Assembly: GCA_947378845.1 (NCBI GenBank)
Contig: CANCLQ010000001.1
Span: 63,755-127,754, forward strand
Direction of reading: 5' to 3'
DNA: 64,000 nt
From: Opitutia bacterium
GTDB lineage: Bacteria; Verrucomicrobiota; Verrucomicrobiia; Opitutales; UBA953
Below are positions 9,988-19,581 of the stretch, piece by piece; position 1 is the stretch's first letter; each line of letters opens with the position of its first letter. A program made the position numbers and the translations under genes. The notes below the pieces were generated by a model. That model saw only the letters and a program-made list of their open reading frames with translations. It made no database searches and was not told the origin of the DNA.

Positions 9988-11378
9988 TGTCTAACGCGAA
10001 AGACATTTTCCTTAAAGAAGCCACTACGGCTTCGGCCGATGGTCCACAGCGGATATTTATCAATAAGGCGCTCGGCGGATATTACGCTAATCGTGATATC
10101 CAGAAAGCACGTTATCGTGATTGGGAAAAGGCTCGTGATGCCGCTTCATTGGCGAAGTGGACGGCCGTTAATGACTTGGCCAATACCTTAGAAACTTTCG
10201 TCAAAAAATTCGAAGGCAATGGCGGCAAGGTGCACTGGGCACGAGACGCTGCTGAGGCTCGTAACATCATTCTTAAACTTATCGCCGACGCTAAAGCTAA
10301 GGCTGTCGTAAAATCTAAATGCATGACGACTGAGGAAATTCACCTCAACGACGCATTAGAAAAAGCCGGCTACAGTGTGGTTGAAAGCGACCTCGGAGAA
10401 TTCATTCAACAATTACGAGGCGAAGCACCCTATCACTTCGTCTTCCCGTGCATGCATGTGAAGCGTGAGGAAATCAGTGCACTCTTCACTAAGCACCTGG
10501 GGACTGCGCCGACTAACAGCCCAGAGGAATTGACGATGATTGCCCGCCGTCACCTCCGTCAGCTCTACGTAGATGCCGACGTCGGTATCACCGGTGCTAA
10601 TTTCTTAATCGCTGAGACGGGTCAGATATCGATCACGGAAAACGAAGGAAACGCCCGACTCACTGCCGCCCTTCCCCGCGTGCATATTGCTTTATCGGGC
10701 ATAGAAAAGGTAGTTAAGAATCTCGATGACCTTTCGGTACTTCTGCCGATGCTTGCGACCGCTGGTGCGGGTCAGCCGATGACTTGTTATAATACTTTAT
10801 ATAGCGGGCCGCAGCAGCCGGGTGAGTGCGATGGACCTAAAGAATTTCACTTGGTGTTACTCGACAATGCTCGCACGCAATTGCTGGCCGACCCTGAGCA
10901 GCGCGATGCCTTACACTGCATTCGTTGTGGAGCCTGTTTAAATGTCTGCCCAATTTTCAAAAACATCGGCGGTCTGGCTTACGGCACTACTTACCAGGGC
11001 CCCATTGGCTCGGTCATCACACCGCACCTGCGAGGATTAGAGCAATGGAATCACTTATCGGGTGCATCGAGTTTATGTGGTGCTTGTACTGATGCCTGCC
11101 CAGTGCGCATTGATCTGCATCACCACTTACTTCACAACCGTCGTAACGCTAATCAAGCTTCACCTAACTTGTTTGATCGCCTGTTCCACCGCGGTTTTAA
11201 TTTCGTGATTTCTCGTCCACGACTCTTTGCCTTTGGTGGCCGCGTATTCCGTTTTACCCTCCCAGTTTTAAAGAAAATCCCTCTGCCTTATCTTAGTGCT
11301 TGGTTAAAGACGCGCGATCTGCCGCCTGCCCCTGCACAATCGTTCCGCGAGCAATGGAAGGAGTCTAACCATGGCTAA
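9987..11378 (+). CDS. lutB: Lactate utilization protein B (4Fe-4S ferredoxin-type plus LUD domain)
   Basis: Two ferredoxin-type Cys clusters are present (CIRCGACLNVCP and CGACTDACP). The start codon overlaps the lutA stop codon. Confidence 0.85.
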   Translation: MSNAKDIFLKEATTASADGPQRIFINKALGGYYANRDIQKARYRDWEKARDAASLAKWTAVNDLANTLETFVKKFEGNGGKVHWARDAAEARNIILKLIADAKAKAVVKSKCMTTEEIHLNDALEKAGYSVVESDLGEFIQQLRGEAPYHFVFPCMHVKREEISALFTKHLGTAPTNSPEELTMIARRHLRQLYVDADVGITGANFLIAETGQISITENEGNARLTAALPRVHIALSGIEKVVKNLDDLSVLLPMLATAGAGQPMTCYNTLYSGPQQPGECDGPKEFHLVLLDNARTQLLADPEQRDALHCIRCGACLNVCPIFKNIGGLAYGTTYQGPIGSVITPHLRGLEQWNHLSGASSLCGACTDACPVRIDLHHHLLHNRRNANQASPNLFDRLFHRGFNFVISRPRLFAFGGRVFRFTLPVLKKIPLPYLSAWLKTRDLPPAPAQSFREQWKESNHG

Positions 11379-12051
11379 TGCACGCGAAGAAATACTCGGT
11401 CGTATCCGTGAAGCACTTAAAGTGACCGCACCAAAGCCTCACTTTAAAAGTGAGTCACATGGAGCAACTCATTCCATTAATGCTAAGCCCTGGCTGCCGG
11501 ATGGCGGCGAGACCGAGTCCGCACGACTTGAATTGTTGTCGGAAAATCTTGCGAAGCTTAAAGCGAATCTGATTCGAGTTCCGAATGCGGCTGCGGCCAA
11601 CCAGGCGTTAGCCCAAATTTCACAAACAAAGAATTGGAAGAAAGTCGCGTATCATTCTCATCCATTAGTTTCGCCAGCTGCCGAAGCGCTGCCTTGCGAA
11701 AAATGGGAAGTCGGTGCTTCGCTGGATAAACAGAAACTTGAAGGCTGCGACGCAGGCGTCACAAGTTGTGAAGCACTGGTCTCACAGTTGGGCTCGATTC
11801 TGGTTTCAAGCGAATCATCTGGCGGTAGATCGCTTTCAATCCTGCCTCATGTGCACGTGGTCATTGCCACTACTGATCAAGTTGTTGCCGACCTCGAAAC
11901 ATGCTTTAAGCAAGTCCTGGAAAAGCACCGGTCTAAGCTCCCCAGCATGCTTTCGTTTATCACTGGGCCAAGTCGCACCGGAGATATTGAACGTATTCTT
12001 GTTTTAGGTGCTCACGGACCCAAAGAGCTGTACGTTATTCTGATAGGTTAG
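11371..12051 (+). CDS. lutC: Lactate utilization protein C (LUD domain)
   Basis: It overlaps the end of lutB by 8 nt. It has LUD/YkgG-like length and a C-terminal ITGPSRTGDIE motif. Confidence 0.8.
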   Translation: MANAREEILGRIREALKVTAPKPHFKSESHGATHSINAKPWLPDGGETESARLELLSENLAKLKANLIRVPNAAAANQALAQISQTKNWKKVAYHSHPLVSPAAEALPCEKWEVGASLDKQKLEGCDAGVTSCEALVSQLGSILVSSESSGGRSLSILPHVHVVIATTDQVVADLETCFKQVLEKHRSKLPSMLSFITGPSRTGDIERILVLGAHGPKELYVILIG

Positions 12052-12200
12052 AATATTCGCTAATGAGCATCAAAAGGTAGTTTTGAGCCTTTATTTATTG
12101 GGTTAAATGCATACCGCTATTTACGAATCGTTAGGCCTTACAAATATTTTGCGAACAGACATTGACTCTATGCGAGCATGCCTCAATCCCAACCTTTCGC

Positions 12201-13976
12201 ATGCAGAATTTCGCGAGTCAGTGCCTGGATCAGACCAAGGCCCTCCTTAAACTAAATCTCGGTTCCATCTCAGCCGATGGCAACGTCATCCCCGTCGATG
12301 GTGAAGTGTCGCGCGCCGATGAGCCTGGTCACGTTGCCCTCGCCTTCGGCGAGTACTTCCGTGCCACAGGCGAACTCACCTTAGAGCGTCAAAACATTCC
12401 TGAAATTGTTGCCCGCACTATCACGGCACAAGTTCGTCTATCAAAAGGTTCAGATAACGGCATGGCTTTCGCTTGCCTAGGTCTCTTAGCTTTCGGACCT
12501 ACACGTGAGCGTAATGTGGTCTGGGCTATACTGGATGAACCCACACGTAAGCTCATTGATGAACGCCTAGCGGTCACCCTTGATCACCACGACCACGTTC
12601 AAGCTTTCGATATCGCTAAGGCAGTTTGCCGCGCCTCCTTTGGCCTGAGCAAGAAGGATGAAACCGGCATGCTCTTGGATCGTTTTATTGAACGCCTGAC
12701 CGCTGCTTCAACTGGTGGATTTCATGATGATGCTTCCAAAGCTGCGAACGCTGATAATTTAGGCGGTGCCTTTGATTTATATGGTATCGTATCGGTAATT
12801 TTCATCCGTCAAGCCCTTCAGCTCCACGCGAACATTCAATTGCGCGACTCGAAGTTACCTAAGCTTCGTACGATTGCAGAGAAATACCTTCGTATCATCC
12901 TTGAGACGGTTCGTGAAGATGGACTTGGCTGGTCGTACGGACGTGGTATCGGTGCCTACGGTCAAATGCATTGTATCACACTGCTCCTGCAGGCACTGCG
13001 CGATCGCTGGATTGCTTCCGATAAAGAGCCATTGGCTCGTGACTTAATCCGTCGCTTGTACGCCAACTTTTTCACTACTTTCTTCGACATGGAGCACGGC
13101 GTGATTGTCGTTCGTGATGCCGAGCGTGATACGATTCCTGGACACACGACGCGTATGGCTAACTTTGATGCTGCACGTTACCTTTCACAGTGGTCTCGAC
13201 TCGCTAAGACGGCAGGTGGAAGCATGGAAATTCATCGTGCTGCTCAGAAGAATGCGATTTGCCGCCTCTACTCATTTGATAAGAATCTTAAAAAGGAACA
13301 AGGTTTGTTAGCCTACAGTGATCCTAATTCGGGCATGCACATTGTCATTCCTGTCGTTTCAGGTGGTATTCATAAATACTCTGACTCACTCGCCTTCCCT
13401 CACATGCCAGGCGTTTTCGATTGGCCGTCTAATTTCTATACATCGCCGTTTATTCCTGAATTCACAATCGGAGATAAAGTATTCACGCCCTCATTCTACG
13501 GAAAGAATCTTCAAGTCGTAATGGGGACCAAGGCTGGCACCTACCACTTCCGCTACGACCAACCCGAACTTATCGAGAATAATGAAAAGATGAGCAGCGG
13601 TGTTGGCGCGTTGAAGGTCGACTGGGAACTTGCTGGTGGCAGAATTGTCGGACGATTCACTTTAACCCCTAAGACGAATCTCATTTTAAATAATTTCCGT
13701 CTGGTTCTACCCATCGCCGCACCACATAGCCGTATGACTCCAGGCAATGCGATTACTGTCGGTCAGGAATCGTTCCGTGCCGAAGTTTTACGTGATGATT
13801 TCCATGCTGAATGGCTTGAGACAAAAGTGGTCTCTGATGACAGCAAGCACCGCACCATCTGGGGCAAGGTTCACTTTTACCAAATCCTTGAACGTAATAA
13901 GACGATGAATTTAAGGGCCGGCACAGGATACAGCTTTGAAATCGCCTATCAGCCGGACATTCAGCGCTTAGGTTAA
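12201..13976 (+). CDS. Hypothetical cytoplasmic protein (about 590 aa), family not recognised; possibly a helical-repeat N-domain plus a beta-rich C-domain
   Basis: Long uninterrupted ORF with host-like codon usage. The first in-frame ATG is at 12201; the ORF track starts at a TTG at 12162. There is no signal peptide or TM segment. The start coordinate is uncertain. Confidence 0.6.
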   Translation: MQNFASQCLDQTKALLKLNLGSISADGNVIPVDGEVSRADEPGHVALAFGEYFRATGELTLERQNIPEIVARTITAQVRLSKGSDNGMAFACLGLLAFGPTRERNVVWAILDEPTRKLIDERLAVTLDHHDHVQAFDIAKAVCRASFGLSKKDETGMLLDRFIERLTAASTGGFHDDASKAANADNLGGAFDLYGIVSVIFIRQALQLHANIQLRDSKLPKLRTIAEKYLRIILETVREDGLGWSYGRGIGAYGQMHCITLLLQALRDRWIASDKEPLARDLIRRLYANFFTTFFDMEHGVIVVRDAERDTIPGHTTRMANFDAARYLSQWSRLAKTAGGSMEIHRAAQKNAICRLYSFDKNLKKEQGLLAYSDPNSGMHIVIPVVSGGIHKYSDSLAFPHMPGVFDWPSNFYTSPFIPEFTIGDKVFTPSFYGKNLQVVMGTKAGTYHFRYDQPELIENNEKMSSGVGALKVDWELAGGRIVGRFTLTPKTNLILNNFRLVLPIAAPHSRMTPGNAITVGQESFRAEVLRDDFHAEWLETKVVSDDSKHRTIWGKVHFYQILERNKTMNLRAGTGYSFEIAYQPDIQRLG

Positions 13977-14048
13977 GTCAAAGTAGTTCCAAAACTCGGC
14001 TTCGGTGTTGTCCTTTGCGTAAGTGCTCCCTAGTTATCTGAGACTTGT

Positions 14049-15590
14049 ATGCCGCGTCCGTTTTACATCACGACTGCCATCGATTATGCCAATGGAGCAC
14101 CGCACTTGGGTCATGCTTACGAAAAGGTTCTGGCTGATATAATTGCTCGTTATCAACGCTTTCAAGGTCGTCCCGTTCATTTTCTCACAGGTTTAGACGA
14201 ACATGGACAGAAGGTTCAACAGACGGCACTTAAGCGTCAATTGGCACCACAGGACTTGGTCGATGATATCGCTATCGTCTTTCAAGAGATGCTCAAGAAC
14301 CTGAATATTTCTAACGACGACTACATTCGCACCACTGAACCCCGTCACCAAGAAGTAGTCCAAGATTTCCTGCAGAAGTTATATGATCAGGGTCTCATTT
14401 ATAAAGGACAGAAGACCGACTGGTACTCTACGCGCCAAGAGCAGTTCCTGACTGATAAGGATCGTGACGAGAATGGCGACTGGCCAGAAATTTTCGGTGA
14501 AGTCACGCAGACTACTGAAGAAAATTATTATTTTAAATTATCTCAATTCCAACCATGGCTGATTGAGCATATTCAATCGCATCCTGATTTCATCAATCCA
14601 CGCTTCCGCCAAAAACAGGTACTCGAGTTCCTGAAGGAGCCGATGAACGACCTCTGTATTTCGCGTCCAAAATCACGTCTCACCTGGGGTATTGAATTAC
14701 CTTTTGATCGTAATTTCGTCACTTACGTCTGGTTCGACGCATTAACCAATTACTATTCAGCTGTCGCCAAGAAGGGGCTTTGGCCAGCCGACATGCATGT
14801 CATTGGCAAAGACATCCTCTCCCCTCCCCATGCGGTCTACTGGCCATGTATGTTGAAGGCGCTCAACATCGAGCCACCTAAACAATTACTCGTTCATGGC
14901 TGGTGGACCATTAATGCACAGAAGGCCTCCAAGAGCACCGGAAACGCATCGGAAACTCTCAGCTTAGTTCAATCACACGGTGCTGATGCCTTCCGCTTCT
15001 ACCTTTGTCGCGACATGGTGGTCGGACAAGATGCCGACTTCTCTATTAAGACATTCGGCGAGCGTTATAAATCTGAATTGAGCAACAACCTTGGCAACCT
15101 TGTTAACCGATTATTGAATATGGTCGGTCGAAGTTACGCTGGCGTTATCCCTGCCCCCAATACGGAGGATGATTTAGAAAAAGCGCTCAAAGATCTTTGG
15201 GTAATTACAGAACGAAAAGTCATCGCCGCTTTTGATGAATGCCAAATCAGTCATGCCATCGAATCACTTTGGGTTTTCATCAGTGCGATGAATGCCTACA
15301 TCGACACGCGTGCCCCATGGAAGCTGGCGAAGTCAACCGAGGCTTCAGATCGTGCTAAATTAGAATCCTGCTTAGCTTACGTTGCTGAAGGACTCCGTCT
15401 CGCTGCTACGATTTTATCTCCGGTCATGCCTGAGACTTGTGAGAAATTACTACACAATATCGGAGCCGATCCGGTTAAAGCTTTTGCGGGTCAACTGACA
15501 TGGTCTAATGCCTGCGTTGGCCGAAAGGTTTCGGAGCGTTGTATCTTGTTCCCGCCCATCGAACCCAAGGCTGAAGCAACCAAAGAATAA
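14049..15590 (+). CDS. metG: Methionine--tRNA ligase (short form without C-terminal tRNA-binding domain)
   Basis: HIGH motif (APHLGHAYE), KMSKS-type loop (here KASKS) and the anticodon-binding helical domain are present. Confidence 0.95.
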   Translation: MPRPFYITTAIDYANGAPHLGHAYEKVLADIIARYQRFQGRPVHFLTGLDEHGQKVQQTALKRQLAPQDLVDDIAIVFQEMLKNLNISNDDYIRTTEPRHQEVVQDFLQKLYDQGLIYKGQKTDWYSTRQEQFLTDKDRDENGDWPEIFGEVTQTTEENYYFKLSQFQPWLIEHIQSHPDFINPRFRQKQVLEFLKEPMNDLCISRPKSRLTWGIELPFDRNFVTYVWFDALTNYYSAVAKKGLWPADMHVIGKDILSPPHAVYWPCMLKALNIEPPKQLLVHGWWTINAQKASKSTGNASETLSLVQSHGADAFRFYLCRDMVVGQDADFSIKTFGERYKSELSNNLGNLVNRLLNMVGRSYAGVIPAPNTEDDLEKALKDLWVITERKVIAAFDECQISHAIESLWVFISAMNAYIDTRAPWKLAKSTEASDRAKLESCLAYVAEGLRLAATILSPVMPETCEKLLHNIGADPVKAFAGQLTWSNACVGRKVSERCILFPPIEPKAEATKE

Positions 15591-15597
15591 TTTTCCC

Positions 15598-16938
15598 GTG
15601 ACGATACTCACTCACAGTGAATTAAAGGAGGCCTTAATCGCTGCCCATAGTGAGAACGCAGACTATCAATTCGTGTCGTACCAGTTTCAGGTCGCTGCCC
15701 TGGATCCACTCGCTGTTCTTGAAACCTTAAATGAACCCGCCCCGCGCGGTTATTTTGAAACCCCTTCACGACGCCGTGCTCATGCCGCAGGAAATCCTAT
15801 TGCCGAGTGGAAAGGTACTGGCGCGGATCGCTTCACCGAAGCTGATAAATGGTTAAAGAAACTTTCATCGTCGGTTATCTCAGTGGGCGAAGCACCAAGA
15901 GTAATCGCTACCTTCCCTTTTTACGCTGGTGACTCCAACCAGGGAATACCTTCGCACCTCTTTCTACCGGCGTGGCAGATTATCACCGAAGATGGTGTGA
16001 CGCGTGTCATTTTAATCGAAAAAAATGACCAAGGTACCGCCGAGCGCCTCGCAGAACGCGCCGAAAAATTCAGACACTTCACCTATCACCACTCCAAGGC
16101 CAACCACAGCGCAACCGTCCCGACTGTTCTCAGTGAGGTCGGTGGCGGATGGTTTCCGTCTGCGGTGACTCGTGCGACAGAACTCATCAAAGATGGTTCG
16201 TTTGAGAAAATCGTTTTATCGCGTGCGTTTGATTGGCGTCGTTCGAGTGCATTCAATACCTACGCTAGCCTGCACCGCTTGCGCCAAGCCAATCCCAGCT
16301 GCCACACCTTCTTAGTTGATGAACCCGATGGTGCATTAGTTGGAGCCTCTCCCGAAACTCTGCTTTCATTGTTTGATGGTGAAGTACGCTCTGAAGCAGT
16401 TGCTGGAACGACCAGACGCGGAGAGTCAGCCTCAGAAGACGCCAGCCTCGCTGAAGCACTTCTTGCCAGCGATAAAGACCGTCGTGAACACAGCGCTGTC
16501 ACCGCTTCAATCCTCCGACGTCTGCGTATGACAGGAGTCTTGGCCGCCGCATCGCGACCCGCCGAACTTCTTCGCCTCGGCAATGTGATGCACATCCGGA
16601 CGCCGATTGTAGGCACAATGCCAGCAGACCAACGTTTTCTTATTATCGCTGGAGAACTTCACCCTACGCCTGCGGTTGGCGGTAAGCCGCGCGACCTAGC
16701 CTTACCCTTCATTCCAGGCTTTGAGCCACATCAACGTGGACTATACACCGGCGCAGTGGGTTGGATCAGTCTCGATGGACAGTCAGGCAAACTCTTCGTT
16801 GCGCTGCGTTGTGCTAGGATTCAAGGGAATGCAGCTCGTGCCTTTGCAGGTGCTGGCATTGTAGCCGGTTCCGACCCTGCCGCTGAAACCATTGAAACCG
16901 AAATGAAGTTGCGGACAATTTTAGAGGCCTTGGTTTGA
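15598..16938 (+). CDS. menF: Isochorismate synthase (menaquinone pathway type)
   Basis: Chorismate-binding enzyme C-terminal motifs are present (LHPTPAVGG, GLYTGAVGW, GAGIVAGSDP). I chose the GTG at 15598, just after the metG stop, over the ORF-track start inside metG. Confidence 0.8.
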   Translation: MTILTHSELKEALIAAHSENADYQFVSYQFQVAALDPLAVLETLNEPAPRGYFETPSRRRAHAAGNPIAEWKGTGADRFTEADKWLKKLSSSVISVGEAPRVIATFPFYAGDSNQGIPSHLFLPAWQIITEDGVTRVILIEKNDQGTAERLAERAEKFRHFTYHHSKANHSATVPTVLSEVGGGWFPSAVTRATELIKDGSFEKIVLSRAFDWRRSSAFNTYASLHRLRQANPSCHTFLVDEPDGALVGASPETLLSLFDGEVRSEAVAGTTRRGESASEDASLAEALLASDKDRREHSAVTASILRRLRMTGVLAAASRPAELLRLGNVMHIRTPIVGTMPADQRFLIIAGELHPTPAVGGKPRDLALPFIPGFEPHQRGLYTGAVGWISLDGQSGKLFVALRCARIQGNAARAFAGAGIVAGSDPAAETIETEMKLRTILEALV

Positions 16939-17372
16939 TGAAAATCATTCTCCAACGAGTCACGAATGCTTCAGTGAGCGTCGATCAACACGTTGTGAGT
17001 CAAATCAATCAAGGTTACCTTTTGTTAGTGGGCGTTGGCTCCGAAGATACCGAACACGCGGTCAAAAAATCGGCCGATAATATTTTGAAATTAAGGCTTA
17101 TGCCTGATGCCAATGGAAAGCTTGGCATTAATATCATAGATCACGGCGGCGATATCTTAGCCGTTAGTCAATTCACGCTCTACGCCGACTTCAGTAAAGG
17201 CAATCGCCCCTCCTTTCATCAGGCTGCGCCACCGGATATTGCCCGAAATTTATTTTCATATTTTATATCCGAACTTGAGAGAAGTTTGGGTAAAAAGGTT
17301 CATCAGGGTGTCTTTGGTGCCGATATGAAAGTCACGCTCTGTAACGATGGCCCCGTTACCATTAGCCTTTAA
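16938..17372 (+). CDS. dtd: D-aminoacyl-tRNA deacylase
   Basis: MKIILQRV...LLLVGV...VSQFTL...G.RPSF is the classic Dtd pattern. The ATG overlaps the menF TGA (ATGA). Confidence 0.9.
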   Translation: MKIILQRVTNASVSVDQHVVSQINQGYLLLVGVGSEDTEHAVKKSADNILKLRLMPDANGKLGINIIDHGGDILAVSQFTLYADFSKGNRPSFHQAAPPDIARNLFSYFISELERSLGKKVHQGVFGADMKVTLCNDGPVTISL

Positions 17373-17396
17373 TCGATATAACTAGATTATGATTTT

Positions 17397-17417
17397 CTTT
17401 GCCTCAGGCAGAGTTTT
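17397..17417 (+). terminator. Candidate intrinsic terminator after dtd
   Basis: CTTTGCC-tca-GGCAGAG forms a 7-bp stem with one G-U pair. It is followed by TTTTAACCGTTTTA. Confidence 0.4.
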
Positions 17418-17438
17418 AACCGTTTTATTGTCCTGACC

Positions 17439-18197
17439 ATGCTCTCCATCCGCATCATTCCATGCCTCGATGTACACGCTGGTCGCGTCGTAAAAGGCGT
17501 GAAGTTTCAAGAGTTACGGGATGCAGGCGACCCTGTTGCCGTGGCTGCAGCGTATGAAGCACAAGGTGCAGATGAATTGGTATTCCTCGATATCACTGCT
17601 TCGAGCGACAATCGAAAAACCATGGTCGATGTCATTGAGCGAACCGCCGACCAAATTTTCATGCCCCTCACAGTTGGCGGTGGGCTGCGTTCGATTGACG
17701 ATATTCGCATCATGCTTAACGCGGGTGCAGATAAAATTTCCCTTAATACATCTGCAGTTCAAAATCCTGAACTTATTCTTAATTCGTCACGTAAATTCGG
17801 AAGCCAGTGTATCGTGGTAGCAATCGACGCTAAAAAAGTAGCTCCCAATAAATGGGAAGTCTTTACACATGGCGGACGTAAACCCACGGGCATCGACGTC
17901 ATCACGTGGGCACAAAAAGTTCAGAAATATGGCGCCGGAGAAATCCTCCTCACGAGTATGGATCGCGATGGCGTGGCGGATGGATACGATGTTGAATTAT
18001 GCAAACGGGTCTCTGAGACCGTTGAAGTCCCTGTTATCGCCTCAGGTGGAGCGGGTGCACTCGAGCACCTCGCTGAGGTTGTTAAACGCGGCGGTGCGAG
18101 TGCAGTTTTAGCTGCTAGTATTTTCCACTTTGGCACCTTTACCGTTCGTCAGGCCAAGGAGCACTTACGTCAGCAAGGAATATCGGTCAGACTGTAG
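17439..18197 (+). CDS. hisF: Imidazole glycerol phosphate synthase, cyclase subunit
   Basis: RIIPCLDV...[17 protein letters not shown] and ASGGAG motifs are present. Confidence 0.95.
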   Translation: MLSIRIIPCLDVHAGRVVKGVKFQELRDAGDPVAVAAAYEAQGADELVFLDITASSDNRKTMVDVIERTADQIFMPLTVGGGLRSIDDIRIMLNAGADKISLNTSAVQNPELILNSSRKFGSQCIVVAIDAKKVAPNKWEVFTHGGRKPTGIDVITWAQKVQKYGAGEILLTSMDRDGVADGYDVELCKRVSETVEVPVIASGGAGALEHLAEVVKRGGASAVLAASIFHFGTFTVRQAKEHLRQQGISVRL

Positions 18198-19503
18198 GTG
18201 GCTCGGCTTTGGGCATCACAAGGACTTTGTCCATGCGGTGACCGTCCATATCCAACACCTCAAAGACATGGCTTAGTGCCTCAATGCGGTCACCTTCTAC
18301 AGGTATCCGACCCAGCGCGCGCATCATGAAGCCTGAGACGGTAGAGAAGCGCCCAGTGCCCTCTCCGGGGAAACGACCCACGAGGCCGGTTGATTCCCTG
18401 AAATCATCGAGTGAAATAATCGCGTCCACAATCCAGCTTCCATCTTCACGTCGGCGGACAGGTTTATTCTGCATTCCTGGCGATCCCTCGGTTGGTAATT
18501 CACCGACAACCGATTCCAAAACATCATTGAGCGATACCACACCCTTAACCTGTCCGAACTCATCCACAACCAATGCGAGGTGAATCTTTTCATTGCGGAA
18601 ACGCTCCAGCAATTGGGTACCACTGATGGATGGACTCACGGTGGGCGCCTCGGTGAGTAAATCTTTAATAACGGCGGTGCCTGCTAAGGATAAGTTAGCC
18701 CATAAACGCTTAACGGAAATCACACCAAGTGGACGATCAGGCGAGCCACGAAAAACCGGGAACCAAGTGTGACCTGAGGCAACAATCTTACGCCAGTTAA
18801 TCTCTTCTGGGTCGTCGAGGTTAAGCCATACGACTCGGTTGCTTGGCGTCATTAATTGTGAAGCCGTAATTCCGTCCATCGAGAGCGCACCGTGCACCAT
18901 CCGGTGTTCGCTGGCATGTAGTACGCCTGACGCCATACCTTGATCCACCATCATTCTTAATTCATCTTCCGAAACGGTTTCTTCGGCAGTTCGGCGACGA
19001 CCAAAAATTCGCAAAATAATATCTGCACTGCCGCTCATCGTATTAACTAAGGGTGAAGCCAACCAGGACATCGCAGCCATGGGACGCGACAGTAGAACAG
19101 CGAATGACTCTGGATTCGAGAGTCCGATTCGTTTTGGTACGATTTCCGCGCAAATAATCGTCAATGATCCAATTAAAAATGATACGAGTCCGCGTGAGAC
19201 CTCTTCCGCGTGAGCCATAACCCAGGGCATAGATGCTGACGACTTAAGCAAAGGCGCAAAACTCATTGCGAGAGGCTGACCTCCGTAGGTTGCCGCAATA
19301 ATACTACCAAAGGTTAGCCCAACTTGGACGGTGGAGAGAAACTTAGTTGGGTTGGCCAATAATTCTAATGCTTTCTTGGCACCACGATCCCCGCTCTCGG
19401 CCATGCGCGCTAATTTGCGACGGTTAGACGAAACTAAGGCCATCTCCGAAAGCTCGAAGAGGCCAATCATCATCCAGCAGGCAAATAGAAGGAAAAATTC
19501 CAC
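18187..19503 (-). CDS. CNNM/TlyC-family transporter-associated protein (DUF21 TM domain + CBS pair + CorC_HlyC)
   Basis: An N-terminal 4-TM DUF21 domain is followed by a CBS pair and a C-terminal CorC/HlyC domain ([13 protein letters not shown]). Confidence 0.85.
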   Translation of the reverse strand: MEFFLLFACWMMIGLFELSEMALVSSNRRKLARMAESGDRGAKKALELLANPTKFLSTVQVGLTFGSIIAATYGGQPLAMSFAPLLKSSASMPWVMAHAEEVSRGLVSFLIGSLTIICAEIVPKRIGLSNPESFAVLLSRPMAAMSWLASPLVNTMSGSADIILRIFGRRRTAEETVSEDELRMMVDQGMASGVLHASEHRMVHGALSMDGITASQLMTPSNRVVWLNLDDPEEINWRKIVASGHTWFPVFRGSPDRPLGVISVKRLWANLSLAGTAVIKDLLTEAPTVSPSISGTQLLERFRNEKIHLALVVDEFGQVKGVVSLNDVLESVVGELPTEGSPGMQNKPVRRREDGSWIVDAIISLDDFRESTGLVGRFPGEGTGRFSTVSGFMMRALGRIPVEGDRIEALSHVFEVLDMDGHRMDKVLVMPKAEPPTV

Positions 19504-19581
19504 TAAATAAACTGAATAGAACTGCTAGCTTTCAGTCAAATCCGCTTGTTGCCCTGCCCTAACACCCTAGGGTAAATCCGA

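Noticed and set aside
15508-15597. The ORF-track start of menF lies inside the 3' end of metG.
   Set aside because: The translated extension (MPALAERFRSVVSCSRPSNPRLKQPKNNFP) is an off-frame read of metG. A GTG at 15598 lies immediately after the metG stop and is a more plausible start.
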